From: Thecamonas trahens ATCC 50062 | Taxonomy: Eukaryota; Protista; Apusomonadida | Length of the DNA: 64,000 nt | Reading direction: 5' to 3' | Assembly: GCF_000142905.1 (NCBI RefSeq) | Contig: NW_013657664.1 | Coordinates: 209,873 to 273,872 of the forward strand | In this document: piece by piece, positions 32,782 through 45,010 of the stretch | Position numbering within the stretch: the stretch's first letter is position 1 | Layout of the letters: every line of letters begins with the position of its first letter | Translations under genes and position numbers: made by a program | The notes under the pieces: generated by a model | What the model was told of the DNA's origin: nothing | Database searches by the model: none | The model's input: the letters and a program-made list of their open reading frames with translations, nothing else

Positions 32782-34138
32782 ATGGTACGAGATGTGGTAG
32801 AGTGCAAGAAAGGAGAGGTAGGGAGGAAGTGTGGTAGATGCACTTACTTGTGGGCTTGGGGCTGGTGTGCGGGGTACTTGGTGCGGGGTCGTTGGCGGAG
32901 ACGGACGGATAGGTGCAGACGGCATGGGCGACCAAGCTCCGGGATAAGCTGCTGCGGCTCAACCGGGTCTCCAAAGCCTTTCTCATCTGTACGTTGCAGT
33001 GGAGTAGGGGGGGGGGGGGGGGGGGGGATGAGATCGGAGGCTGCGGCTGGGTAGCAACAGAGAGGCACTTCCACACTCACACCGCGTTCCTCCCAAACCC
33101 AACCCGGGGGCTTCAGTGGCTACTGCCGACTGTTTCATCATCATTGTGCTGGCGCTGCTGCAGCTGATCACGGGCTACACCACAGTGGGGACGTCGACGA
33201 CGGACAAGTCGATCGGTGAGAACGGTGTGCCGCGATATGTGTACTGGTCGATTCTGGAGATCCTGACAGTCTGCTTCTTCTTGTACTTTGCGTGGGACTC
33301 TGTCCTCACGGAGAATGTGTTTGAGCTGTGGGCTTTTCAGATCGCCACCTTTCTGGCCTCGGTCTATGCAGTCATCCAGTACTACTCGGTGGAGGAGGAG
33401 AACAACACAGTCGGTGCCTTCCAGCTCGCGGTTATTCTCACGTTCCAGGTCTGCTTCTGGGCGCTATCTTACACTTTGCATCGATCGTTTGGCTGGTGGG
33501 TCTTCCGGCGCCTCGGCGCCGACATCGAGCTCAAGTCGATGTACAAGAACTACCAGCTTTTTCTGGCCCAGGTCAAGTTTGACCTGCAATTTGGCCTGCT
33601 GCTGGTCATGATGTCGACGTTTTTCTTTGCCGCCGCCTCGCCTGTCTTTGTGTTTGTCGAGATTGTCATGCTTGCCTTTACCATTTTCTACGCCACCCTT
33701 GGCATTCGCGGCATCCAGCGCGAGGACCGCCGGCTCATGCACTGGTTCTTTGGCCTCGGCATCATCGCGCCCATCAACATTGTCATCAAGGCTGTACTCA
33801 TTGCCAGCGATCCCGATGACTACGGCGCCAACGCGCCGTACGCTCAGATGGCCGTCACCGCCTCGCTTGCCATCATCAACCGCATCACCGTCATGATCAA
33901 CGGCAAGCGCGCGTACGAAAACTTTGGACGCGGCCTTCGCGAGAACGCGTTTGACCACACCAACGACGACGACGCCGCCGAAGCGCCCGAGGCCATGGAC
34001 GTGGCGCTGCTCCCGGTCTTTGACACGCCGTCATCCAACGCTGTTGCTCGCGGCCGCCACTCGTCGCTTACGGTCCAAGACTACGATCCCAACCTGGTTG
34101 ACGCGTCGGCGCTCTTCCAGCCTACGCTCGAGAGCTGA
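32782..34138 (+). CDS. Multi-pass membrane protein, UPF0658-like; exons 32782-32784 (ATG only), 32913-32988, 33117-34138
   Basis: About 8 hydrophobic helices; DSVLTEN.FEL, FGWWVFRRLGAD, VKFDLQF, NFGRGL motifs; phase-consistent GTACGA and GTACGT introns. Confidence 0.75.
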
Positions 34139-34159
34139 TCTGCGCGCTCATACACTCAT

Positions 34160-37100
34160 TCAGCCTTTTTTTGCGCCAGACGTGGCCGATCCGCCGGCCC
34201 GAGTCCACCGCAGGGCACTCGGTTGCGAGACCGAGGAGTACCATTTGGGCTTGGAAGGCGGCGGCGGCGCCTCGGCTCGCTTCTTGATGTCCTCAGCCCG
34301 GAACCGCGCGAGCGCCGCCAGGTTCTGCTGGAGCTGTGGGTGCTTGCGGAGGAGGACGCCGAGGTTTTTGGACGGGAGCTTGAGGAGCGTGACGTGGGTC
34401 ACTGCCGACACATTGGCCGACCGCTTCGAGCCCATGAAGACCGCCATTTCGCCGACGAGCTGCCCGTCCGAGAGCAGAACGACGGGGCCGCGCGGAAGGT
34501 GGACTTGCAGCACGCCGTGCGCGACGTAATACATGTACTTGGACGCGTGCCCGGCCTTGAGCACCAGCGAGCCGGCCTCGAACTCTTCCACCGTCGTGTT
34601 GGCCACCAGATCATCGAGCACCTCGGGCGCATCGAGCTCGACGTGCATCCAGGTCGAGACTGGGAGCGAGTTGTAGGTGACAGGCAACCGCCGCCGCGGC
34701 GGCTTGGCGTCGCGCGGCTCGAGCTCAAGCGAGCGCGCAAACAGCGTGTCCTCGTCGATGCCGGCTGCCGAGCGGAGAAAGACCTGGATGTCCTCCACGG
34801 CGTGGTACTCGTATGGCGCAGCCTGCAGCCGGAGAAGCTCGTTGATGACGCCGGCGTTCATGGCGTGCTTGGCCATGTTGATGAGATTGTGCGGCGCCAC
34901 CAGCGATGGGTTGCCGTCGTCGATAAAGACCAGGTCCTGCAGAAAGACGCCGAGGTACGGGACTGCCGGCGCCTGCTGGCGCCGTAGCGCCTCACGGTAT
35001 GCGTGGTAGTTGTGGTTCATCGACAGCGCTCGCTTGAGATCATCCCAGTGCTCGGTATACTCATCGGGCACCAGCGCCCACGAAAACTTGAGCCGGGACA
35101 CTGCTGCGCCCTGCAGGCCCGATACCAGCGCCATCATCGCCGAGTAGTTGCCCAGCTGCTGGCACTCGCGCGCCACGTCGACCAGCATGCAAATGAGGAC
35201 CGCCCGCTCGTCCGCAGTCTCGCCCATCAGCACCTGCGTCATCGCCCACGATGACGTCGCGTTGAATTGGTCGATAAGACCCTGGATGTGCGGCGCGCCG
35301 CGCCGTGAGTCCGGCTTGACGAAAGCCTGTCGAAGCAGCTCCTTCCGCTCCACCCTTACAAACATGGCAAAGTCTATGAGCGCCAGCTGGCGTGCAACCT
35401 CAATCGGGTGGACCTGAACCAGCGACCGGAGCGGGCCTGGGTCAAGGAGGAGCGACTGCGGTGCCCGCGGTGCGAGCACAAGCCTGCTCGCCGGCCGCGG
35501 CTCCTGCGCCTGCTCTGCCTCGCGCCGCACAAGCTCCCAATCGATGGCGCCTGCACGAAGCGCCTGCCCCAGCGGCGTGCACGCCAACATACTCTCCCGC
35601 GGCAGCTCGCCCACCAGTGCCAACACAAGCGAAGCTGCCTCGAGCATCTCGCGGGCAGCGGGATCGGTCGCGTTTTCCAGCGTCCGCTCCAGAAACCGCC
35701 CCAGTCCGGCACGGAGCGACGCTGCGTCGTTGCCGCTAAAGTCCTCCGAGAACCGCACCAACCACTCGAGAAGGACGGCGAGGACCTGCTGCTGAAGCAT
35801 CGGCTGGACCGAGGCCAGGAAGAACGGCAGATCGCCAAGATCGACCGGCAACGAAAAGTACCGCGCCACAAGAAGCCGCAGAAACTCGCCCGCATCCATA
35901 AACTCGGGAAAGGTCGCCAGCGTCACATTGGTCAGCGCCACGTCGCGCTGGCTCGGCGCGGTGATCCGCCGAATGAGAAGATCAATGTCGATGGCCTCCA
36001 CCTCCATCACAACTCGCTTCGGCTCGTACCGGTCGTGCCAGTACGGCAGCCGGCGCGGGAGGACAAGCTTGGACACCCGCCGTGGTGCCTTGGATCCTTG
36101 CGTCGTCTCGGCACCTGAGCCCGAGCCCCTAACGTCCAAGCCCAAGCCCGAGTGAGTGCTGTCACAGCGCGGCATGGGGCCTGTGCCAAAGTCGGTGCTC
36201 TGTGCCCGCGCCATCGCACGAGCCGAGAGGCAGTGCCGCCACCAGGTTTGAATGTAAACGGCCGCGCCCCAGCGGAGCGGGTCCGACACCCCGCGCTTGC
36301 CCATAAACTGGGCGCAGAAGAGAATGAGCGCGTTGCGGGCCCTAGTCCGCATCAGCCGCTGCACTAGAGACGAGAGGTGCTGGTCAACGCTCCGCGATCC
36401 GGCCTTGGCGTGCGGGCCGACAAGAGCCACGACCTGAGCCAGCGCGTCGGGAGAGCCTTGGGCAGCGGCGTGCGCAATCGATAGTGGGTCTGCACTCCGC
36501 AAGTACGCCATCGACAGCGCGTCCGGTGACGCCGGCTCGAGATCCGGCACCTCGTCAAGGGCGTCGACCGAGGCCGACAACTGCGCCTCCTTGGCAAGTT
36601 GGAGCTCGCGCCGGAGTTTGCGCTCGCGCTCCTCCTTCTGCGACCGAACGTCGGCGGCCATCATGATCTGCAGCGGCTCGAGCACGTCAGAACGCAGCTC
36701 CGCAAGCGAGACGTCGGCGGCCTCGAGCGCCGGTGCCGCCACCGCAATGGTGCGGCGGAGCGCAACTTGGTGCGCAGAGACAATGACTCGCATCTGCTGC
36801 ACATCGCGGAGGAGAAGCTCACGGTCGTCGCGAAGCTGGCCCATCACGCTCTCCATCTGCTCGACCGTCGCCAGTGTCGCCTTGGCCTTTTCGTCAAAGC
36901 CAAGCGTTTCGAGGTAAGCGACGCGGGCATCCGCCTTTTCACGAGCACGGGCGGCCATGGCCGCCGACGATCGTGCCATTCCCATTCGGTGGTTGAGCTG
37001 GGCCACCTGGGTCTGCAGCTCCTGGACGTGGGCCTTGAGCGAGCGGTTCTTGTGGGTGGCCTTGTCGAGCGCCTCAGCTGATACCGCGGCGCCGGCCTTG

Positions 37101-38356
37101 AGCTCCAGCTGTGCTTCAGTCAACCGCTCGACGGCGTGCTCAGCCTTGGCCCGCGCCGTGCGCTCTTCGGCGAGAGCCATCCGCAGCGCATCATTCTTGT
37201 TTGCCAGCTGCTGCATGACCTTGACTGTCTTGGCATTGGCAGACTTGGTCTGACCCTTGAACTTGGTCAGCTGGTCCTTGCGCTTGGTCAACTTGGCCTT
37301 CAGCCGCGCCACCACGCTCTGGTACCGCTGGATCTCGGCTCGCATCGACTTCATGGCCAATGCACGGGACGAGACGTCGTCTACGGCCGAGAGTGAGCCC
37401 TTTCGCCTCCCTGCCCCGTTGGATCCAACAGACGCAATTGAGAGCCGCCGCCGTCCGCCGCCAGGGTGCGGCAGCTTCACTAATGACAGCTCCGAGTCGG
37501 ACGACGAGATGGAAATGGTGTCGTACGAGACGTCAAGCCTACCGCCGCGGCGGACACTCCGGGTCCCCCCGAGAACAATCGACGAGAACAACAGGTACTC
37601 GTCGACCCGGTCCTTGGCAGCCCAGTCGACAGACGAAAAGGCAAAGAGGTCAGCGATGCTAAAGTAGCGGAAAATTCGGAAGAGGAGGGGGAGCGGAAGC
37701 ACCATCGCCGGATGCTGCGGATTGAAGCACTTGCTCGGCGGAAAGGCAAAAGCGTTGTGCCGAAGGTACTCGGGGATCGACGGCCCATACAAGACCACCG
37801 GCTGCGCTCCAAACTCGGACGCAGTCAGCGCCTTGGCCGACCGCACGTTCTCTCGGAGAAGCAGCGCCTCCCGCTCGAGATCTGTCGAGCTCAGAGAGTG
37901 TCTGCGGACCGAGTTGTGCGACGAACGGCGACCGCCGCAACCGCCGGTCTTGCTCGGCGGAAAGAGGCCACGATTGCGGGCTGAAACGCCGCCACAGCCC
38001 GAACCATCGCCGGCGCCGTCCACTCTTGTGCCCTCCGACTCGGCTTCTGGAAACTCGGGTGCCAGCATCGACGAGTGCGGCGAGAGGATGTGAAAGGCCG
38101 GCGAGAGCCGCGGGCCAAGCGCCAGAACCGACGGATGCGGCGCCGTCCGCCTCGCCGGCACCTTGAACACCATGCGAGCCAGTCGCGGGTGGTCATCCAG
38201 CGGTTCAGCCACAGGCCGCCCAGGTCCACCCAACACTGCTGGCACATGCTCCGCCTCGCCCTTGAACGATGGCCATGACTTTGGAGCCGAGCCGCGCGGG
38301 TTGGTGAGGTGCGTCCAGGTCTCCAGGTCTGCCAGCGGTTCTCCCTGTCCAGCCAT
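34160..38356 (-). CDS. RasGEF: F-box-like, coiled coil, IQ, REM, CDC25, C-terminal cyclic-nucleotide-binding domain
   Basis: LPLPLLFRIFRYFS..DL; IQTWWR; TFPEFM..EFL..L..RY; EVARQLALID, VPYLGVFLQDL.FIDDGNP; MYYVAHG.L.V...GEMAV...RSANV. Confidence 0.9.
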   Translation of the reverse strand: MAGQGEPLADLETWTHLTNPRGSAPKSWPSFKGEAEHVPAVLGGPGRPVAEPLDDHPRLARMVFKVPARRTAPHPSVLALGPRLSPAFHILSPHSSMLAPEFPEAESEGTRVDGAGDGSGCGGVSARNRGLFPPSKTGGCGGRRSSHNSVRRHSLSSTDLEREALLLRENVRSAKALTASEFGAQPVVLYGPSIPEYLRHNAFAFPPSKCFNPQHPAMVLPLPLLFRIFRYFSIADLFAFSSVDWAAKDRVDEYLLFSSIVLGGTRSVRRGGRLDVSYDTISISSSDSELSLVKLPHPGGGRRRLSIASVGSNGAGRRKGSLSAVDDVSSRALAMKSMRAEIQRYQSVVARLKAKLTKRKDQLTKFKGQTKSANAKTVKVMQQLANKNDALRMALAEERTARAKAEHAVERLTEAQLELKAGAAVSAEALDKATHKNRSLKAHVQELQTQVAQLNHRMGMARSSAAMAARAREKADARVAYLETLGFDEKAKATLATVEQMESVMGQLRDDRELLLRDVQQMRVIVSAHQVALRRTIAVAAPALEAADVSLAELRSDVLEPLQIMMAADVRSQKEERERKLRRELQLAKEAQLSASVDALDEVPDLEPASPDALSMAYLRSADPLSIAHAAAQGSPDALAQVVALVGPHAKAGSRSVDQHLSSLVQRLMRTRARNALILFCAQFMGKRGVSDPLRWGAAVYIQTWWRHCLSARAMARAQSTDFGTGPMPRCDSTHSGLGLDVRGSGSGAETTQGSKAPRRVSKLVLPRRLPYWHDRYEPKRVVMEVEAIDIDLLIRRITAPSQRDVALTNVTLATFPEFMDAGEFLRLLVARYFSLPVDLGDLPFFLASVQPMLQQQVLAVLLEWLVRFSEDFSGNDAASLRAGLGRFLERTLENATDPAAREMLEAASLVLALVGELPRESMLACTPLGQALRAGAIDWELVRREAEQAQEPRPASRLVLAPRAPQSLLLDPGPLRSLVQVHPIEVARQLALIDFAMFVRVERKELLRQAFVKPDSRRGAPHIQGLIDQFNATSSWAMTQVLMGETADERAVLICMLVDVARECQQLGNYSAMMALVSGLQGAAVSRLKFSWALVPDEYTEHWDDLKRALSMNHNYHAYREALRRQQAPAVPYLGVFLQDLVFIDDGNPSLVAPHNLINMAKHAMNAGVINELLRLQAAPYEYHAVEDIQVFLRSAAGIDEDTLFARSLELEPRDAKPPRRRLPVTYNSLPVSTWMHVELDAPEVLDDLVANTTVEEFEAGSLVLKAGHASKYMYYVAHGVLQVHLPRGPVVLLSDGQLVGEMAVFMGSKRSANVSAVTHVTLLKLPSKNLGVLLRKHPQLQQNLAALARFRAEDIKKRAEAPPPPSKPKWYSSVSQPSALRWTRAGGSATSGAKKG

Positions 38357-38939
38357 GCCGTTGCCGTGTGTAGGACCAGGGTGGGTAAGGCGGCGGCGGC
38401 GGCGGCGGGGGGAGCCGAGTGTGCCAACGTGTCACCAACAGTCCGAGTACTGCGTGAGCTCACTGCCGTCAGGCGCATGGCGGGTGGCGGCCGGGTTGGC
38501 TGGCGGTGGTTGACAAACGTGCGTGGGTGACTGATGACATTGAGGACAACACAATCATTCACAACGCGCCTGAAGCATGGTGCGCAGCAGGCGATCCCGA
38601 CAAAGGTGGCCCGGCCCACAAGGAAAGAAGAGCAACAGCGCTGACTGAATTGTAAACAATCGGCATGACGATTGGCCAGGAAGACCGCATCGATTCACCC
38701 AGCCCGTGCAAGCTTTGGCCCTGCCGCACCTTGTGCCTAGTCGTTGCAGAGTTTGTGATTGGCAGTCGCGACCGCCAATGAGCAAAGACCACGCAGCGAC
38801 GGCTAAATAGCCACCTCTACAAACCCCCGCCACAGCCTTTGGTGGCAGGTACCACAGCACTCCAGGGTTCCTGGGGAAGAGTTGAGGAAGACAGACTTGA
38901 ACGCGTGCCTCCTCCGCAACACCCTTCCTACCATCCACC

Positions 38940-38974
<35 letters not shown>

Positions 38975-39086
38975 CCCTCCCCCTGTCGACCTGGGCCTTG
39001 TGCTGCCCCGCCCACCGGTTGCTTGGCGCAAGGTTCCGCAGGTGATCACGGCCGCTGGCGGCGAGTCGGGCGAGTAGTTGTAGACA

Positions 39087-42000
39087 ATGAGCTCGTCATC
39101 TCCTCCGCCCGAGTTGGCTGAGGAGGTAGATCAACCGCTACAGACCTCGATCTCGGGCATGCTCAGTGACGAGGGCTCGTCGTTTATGGCCGAGCTGCAA
39201 GCGCTTGTCTTGCACAAGACCAACGCCGTTCTCGCCACGTTGCGAGGACGGAGCTCGGGGCAGGTGACCAACTTTACCAGGTACGCAAGACAGCGAGGAG
39301 GGGGAGACCGAGAAGGGCGAGAGGAACACCAGGAAGACGACATACTCACAGGATGAGGGAGGCGGGGAATGGTAGCGATTGGCTGTCGGGCAGCACGCTA
39401 TCGGACTTGCTGCGGACGGAGCTCGAATCAGAGCTGGACAGGGTCGAGTCGGTGGCGTCGGACCCGGCATCGCGGCGGAACCTGCTCAAGGCGCTGCTGC
39501 TGGAGCATGGGTCGGCTCTGGCTATTGAGAAACTGTGGATCGAGATGATTCCGGACGCACTCGGTGTAGATTCGGTGTGGACGCTCATGTTTGTCTCGCA
39601 CTTGCTGACGGGGCTTCGGCTGCGGCACGCCAACAACCAGCTGGCCGTGATGAAAACCTCTCAGGCGTTGTCGTTCTCGATGGCGTCGACGAGCGCGGAA
39701 GGTGGCAATGACTTTGGTGCAAGCACAATTGTGACGACGTCGCCAAGTCGGATCGAGGACGATCGCGAGATGCGTTCGATGAACAAGAACCAGCTACTGA
39801 GCAAGATCGACGATATGTATGTGTCGCACCAGGCTGACTTGCAGTCGCAGGAGCTGCGATTTAAGCAAGCGCTGGTGGCGAAAGAGAAGATACTGCAGAA
39901 GACGCAGGCAGAGCTTTCGCGGCTTGTTGCTGATAACAACCGGTCGCAGGCTATGTTCCGCAACGCAATGGCCGAGGCACAGGACTTGGCCAAGGAGTTC
40001 AAGCAGTACACTCGCAACGTTCAGAAGAAGCAGGCAGCGATGGCCAAGGCGCAGGCGTCGGGGAAGGAGGTGGCGCCTCCGCGCGGAACGGTGACCCTAA
40101 TGTTCACCGACATTCAGGGCTCGACGCGGCAGTGGGAGCGGTCGAACGATGTCATGGCCGAGTCACTTGAGATCCACAACAAGATTTTCCGCAAGATCCT
40201 TCCCGAGTTTGGTGGGTACGAGGTCAAGACCGAAGGCGACGCGTTTATGGTCTGCTTCCAGTCTGCGGTCGACGCCGTGATGTGTGCCAACGCGCTGCAG
40301 CGGTCGCTCATTCACTGCGATTGGCCGCCAGAGCTGCTTGTCGACAACCCGGACGCCAACATCGAGCGCAATGAGGCGGGCGTCATTGTCTTTCGTGGCC
40401 TCCGAGTCCGCATGGGCTTGCACATGGGTGAGCCCAAGGCTGCCATCGACCCGACAACCAAGCGCATGGACTATTTCGGCCCGGTCGTCAACCGGTCCGC
40501 ACGAATCGAGGGCACGGCTGTCGGCGGGCAGATCATGATCTCAGAGCCGCTGTACCAGGCTATTGCCGACCATCTCGAGGACATGAACTCGCCCGAGATT
40601 GTGGACAAGGGTGAGTTCAACCTCAAGGGCCTTGCCGCGCCGATCCGGCTTTACCAGGTCACTGACAACGAGCTTGTGGGTCGCCAGTTTGGAGTGACCA
40701 AAAAGAAAAAGTCGCTTGCGACGCGGATCGCCAACATGGGTCCGTCAACCGACGCCCTGGTTATGCCGTCGGACGTCGACGCCGACGTCGCCGGACAATC
40801 ACTGGAGCAGCTCTCACTGACGTCTGCAGACGTGTTTTCGCGGCTGGAAACGCTCAAAGCCAAGCTCAACAAGAGCTCGACGACTGCGAGCCAGCTGTCG
40901 AGTACTCTGGAGCAGCTGCAGGCAGAAGGCATCGAGATGGGTAGGTCATCGATGGTCCGAATGGATATCTCACGCATACGGCAGGACGTCGACGACGCCA
41001 TCGAGATGCTCAAGGCGGTCAAGGAGTCGAACACCGATCTCGAGTCGCGAGTCGATGAGATGGAAGAGGAGCTTGTTGCCATCAAGTACAAGATCCGCTC
41101 TCTCGACAAGCAGATCAAGCCGCTGAAAGAAGGCGCCGGCGTGGTGACCGCCTACTTGCGGCAGACGCGGGCCAACGCGGCGGAAAAGTCCGAGGTCAAG
41201 GCGCTCAAGTCAGAGCTCCGGGCCGCGCGCAAGGCGCTTGACGCGCTGGAGAAGGAGTCCCGAACCCGGAGCCGCGAGCGTGTACCGCGCTCGCGAACCT
41301 CAACTGGTCTTCTCGCCCGCGAGTCGTCGATCAGCTCGGCCCGCCGCCCGCTTGGTGCGGCGGCACATACGCCGCTGCCTGCCCTCGGCGGACGAGGCAA
41401 GCGAGGCAGTCCGGGCTCGTCGCCGCTGGTGCGGCCGAGCTCGCCACGGGCGCGTACCGGCGCCGCGTCATCTGGGCCGAGCTCGGCCAAGAGCATGGGA
41501 TCGTCGCGCGGCTCGTCGGCAACACTCTCCTGCGAGGAGCTTCACCGACCCATGGAGACCTCGCACCCAGTCGTCTCGGGCGAGTCGCGGTCGACGTCGT
41601 CAGGCACCTCGGGCTCGTCGCTCTCTTCGTGCAAGACGTCCGACTCAGAGTGTGGATCGGCAGCCAAGTCGTCGGGAGCACCTCGTGCCAAGCCCCGTAG
41701 CCGGCTGCCACGAGGTGGCAAGCGTAAGCGCAAGCTGAGCAAGACGCCGCTCTCGCATTCGACTGGCTCGATGAGCTCGTCGGTGGCGTCAACCAACTCA
41801 GCCAAGATTCAAGCCCACAAGCGGTCACCGTCGGACAAGCCACGGTCGATGAGCTCGCGAGTTGACGAGGGAGACGACGACTCATCGATTGATCTCTCGT
41901 CAGTCTCGTTTCCATCATCAGGAAGCAGCGACGAGCGGCGAGCGGCGGTGGCGGCCAAGTCTTGCGTGATGTCGTCCAGCTCTTCGTCGTCGCCAGCTCC

Positions 42001-43144
42001 GCAGTACAAGTCCCATGACGGATCTGGCGCGGATGGGGCGCCGCAGCGAAAGCGACCCAAGGTTCGAGTCAAGACCAAAAAGGCCGAGTCGGGCAAGTTT
42101 GACTCGCGATCAGTGCCATCGTCTGCCGTTGGCACACCGCGACGTCGGTCGGGCTCTCGGCCGGTTACGGAGATGGTCAACTACAGGTCTGCAGAACAGG
42201 TGCTTCCATCGCGAAATGCGGGCGGCTCGCACGAGCTGCTCACGTCGCTGGAGAGCACGTCCGCCACCATTGGCATGCGAAAGTCTGCCTCGCGCGACAT
42301 CCTCATGTCGCCGTCGGCCCGAGCTGCCGCAGGGTTCAGTAGCTCGGGCTCTCGGTCGCGATCGCAGTCGCGGCATGGAGTGGACCGGTCGGGCGGGGCG
42401 CTCATGTCTCCGGTGTGTGGGCCAAATGGCGTTCCGCTGAGGAACCGGTCGACATCATCCCAGTCGGCGTCTCGATCGCCCAGCCGGCATAGCGGGGCAT
42501 CGCCGGCTGGGCGGATGTCGCCTGCCGGACGCGGGAGTCAGATCGTCAAGGCGCACCGCGCCCGGCATCCGCGCGGAGCGGGGTTTAAGCTCGGCACGTC
42601 CAGCTCGGAAGAGGTTCCGGCCTCGGTCCAGGCGAAGAAGACCAAACGACGACACCGCAACCGAGCGCGATCGATCTCGGGCGGAGCCGAAATGGCACGC
42701 GAGGTTGCCAATGCTGCCAAGGCCACGTTCCACGCCATTCCCGAGCATTCGGCTCCGCGCTCGTTTCAAGCTCTCGTCGACTCGGCAAGCCCGCTCTCGC
42801 AATCGCTTGACAGTCGTGCCACCCGCAGCCAAAAGCACAAGGTCCGGACCAAGGTCAAGGCCAAGAGCAAGCACAAGGACAAGACCAAGACCAAGGACAA
42901 GCACAAGGACAAGCATAAGGAAAAGAAGCTCAAGTCGAAGAGCGGCAAGACCAAGCTCCGGGTCAAGACTCGCTCGCACAGCCGGGCGGGCTCGAGCGGC
43001 GGCGAGGCCATCGACAGCGCAACGTCGCGCAGCCCACCGGCGCGGCAGCTCTCGCGACGATCATCTCGCCGCTCGCCGGTGCAGTCGAGCGGTGTCGATG
43101 TCGATGCCGGCACCGGTTCTGTCCTGGATCTCGGCGACTTTTGA
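39087..43144 (+). CDS. Soluble class III adenylyl cyclase flanked by coiled coils, with a long Ser/Arg/Lys-rich tail; intron 39281-39375
   Basis: APPRGTVTLMFTDIQGST, YEVKTEGDAFM, GLRVRMGLH.GEP, RMDYFGPVVNRSARI; Lys and Asp at the adenine-specifying positions; no clear TM helix. Confidence 0.9.
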
Positions 43145-43320
43145 ACTGTGTGAATGAAAAGAGAGTGCAATGAGCTGTGCGGCAAAACGACCGACCGCCG
43201 GAGACGGGACAGTGCGGGCCGTGGCACGCCGAAGCTAGGACAACAGGACGTCTCCCACACGGATTGAGAGCACAACTCTCCCCTCGAAGCGAGCTCTCGA
43301 CAAAAGGCAAGACGACGACG

Positions 43321-44619
43321 ATGGCAGGCGAGGCACGGCGCGAGTTTGACGTGGTGGTATGGGGCGCGACGGGGTTCACCGGCTCGCTGGTGGCCAAGTA
43401 CCTGGCGACGTATCACCCGCCGGGCGGTGGCTCTGGAAGCGTCGGAGCGGCGCTGGCTGGCGCCGATGATGCGAGTCGACCGCTGTCGTGGGCGGTTGCT
43501 GGGCGGTCGCCAGGCAAGCTCGAGACGCTTGTGAGCGAGCTGGCTGCCATCAATCCGGCGTGTGCAAAAGTGCCTGTGGTGATCGGCGATGCCACCGACC
43601 GCGCCTCGCTCGACGCCATGGCTGCGCGGACGAGCTGTGTTGCGTCGACGGCCGGTCCGTTCTTCCGCTTCGGCACCGAGCTGGTCCGGGCCTGCGTGGC
43701 TGCTGGCACGCAGTACTGCGACATCACCGGTGAGTCGCCATGGGTCCGCGCCATCATTGATGAGCTCCATGAAGAGGCCGAGGCCAACAACGCGCTCATC
43801 GTCTCGTGCTGCGGATTCGACTCGGTTCCGGCCGATCTCGGCGTCCACATGCTTGTCCGGCACGTGCAAGACCACCATGGGATCTCGCCCGGGACAGTGA
43901 CGGCAGGAGTTGGTGTGGCTGGCGGTGCGTCCGGCGGTACCATTGCGTCGATCATCAACCTGATGGACAACGCCGACCTGCGACTCTTTGCAGACGCCTT
44001 TCTTCTCAACCCGCGCGAGAACAAGCCACGGCTCGCCGACCGCGGAATTGGTGCCGCCTTTGAGGCCGATCGGAAGGGCGTGGCGTGGGATCAGCTGCTG
44101 GAGACGTGGACCGGCCCGTTTCTCATGGCCGGCGTCAACACCCGCGTGGTGAGGCGGTCGGCAGCGCTTGCCGAGCAAGCCGGCAAGCCGTACGCACCGG
44201 TCTTTCGCTACAACGAGGCCATGCGGTTCCGCTCGTGGTGGACCGCGATGATGGCCACGTCCGTCCTCAGTATCTTCGGCATCATGCTCTACTTCCGGGC
44301 GACTCGGTGGCTGCTGATGAAGATCATGCCGTCCCCCGGCCAAGGCCCGTCCGAGGCCAAGCGCGACGCCTCGCACTTTTCCTACAACCTTGCCACTGAG
44401 TTGCCTGACGGCACCCGCGTCCGCGCCCGCGTTGCAGGTGGAGATCCGGGCTATACTGAGACATCCAAGATGATCGCCGAGGCCGCCATCGTCCTCTCTC
44501 GCTACAAGAGCTCGCTTCCGGTCAGCGGCGGCGTCGTCCCGCCAGCGTATGCCATGGGCGATGTCCTCCGCACTCGCCTTGTCGACGCTGGCATGACCTT
44601 TAAGATCGTCGACCCGTAG
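43321..44619 (+). CDS. Saccharopine dehydrogenase-like oxidoreductase (SCCPDH family)
   Basis: VVWGATGFTG, AVAGRS..KL, TAGPF..FG, YCDITGE, CGFDSVPADLG, GGTIAS, DPGY.ET. Confidence 0.9.
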   Translation: MAGEARREFDVVVWGATGFTGSLVAKYLATYHPPGGGSGSVGAALAGADDASRPLSWAVAGRSPGKLETLVSELAAINPACAKVPVVIGDATDRASLDAMAARTSCVASTAGPFFRFGTELVRACVAAGTQYCDITGESPWVRAIIDELHEEAEANNALIVSCCGFDSVPADLGVHMLVRHVQDHHGISPGTVTAGVGVAGGASGGTIASIINLMDNADLRLFADAFLLNPRENKPRLADRGIGAAFEADRKGVAWDQLLETWTGPFLMAGVNTRVVRRSAALAEQAGKPYAPVFRYNEAMRFRSWWTAMMATSVLSIFGIMLYFRATRWLLMKIMPSPGQGPSEAKRDASHFSYNLATELPDGTRVRARVAGGDPGYTETSKMIAEAAIVLSRYKSSLPVSGGVVPPAYAMGDVLRTRLVDAGMTFKIVDP

Positions 44620-44763
44620 CGCCCCCTCCCTTCTCCTTCTCACATCAATCCAAATCAAAGCAGTTATCGTCTTGAGTCTTTGCCTCGCCTGACCTAGCTG
44701 GGGGGGGGGGGGGAAGAGGGAGCGCGGGCGACGAGCAACAAGTAACACTTGTCGCCTGTGGCC

Positions 44764-44978
44764 ATGGTCAACGACCCATGCAAGGTATGCGGCAAGCCGC
44801 TGTACCTCTTGGATCCCAAGTATGTTCCAACTTGGGCACGGGCCTGAAGAGGGGAGTGGCCAGGGGGTGGGGGGGGGGGGGGGGGGGGAGTATGGCCTTG
44901 CGTGCATCCCTTGCAAGGTGAGCAAGGAGAGTGGGGGAAGGGGGTCAAGAAGGCTGAGGCAGCCATGCCCACACATGC

Positions 44979-45010
<32 letters not shown>

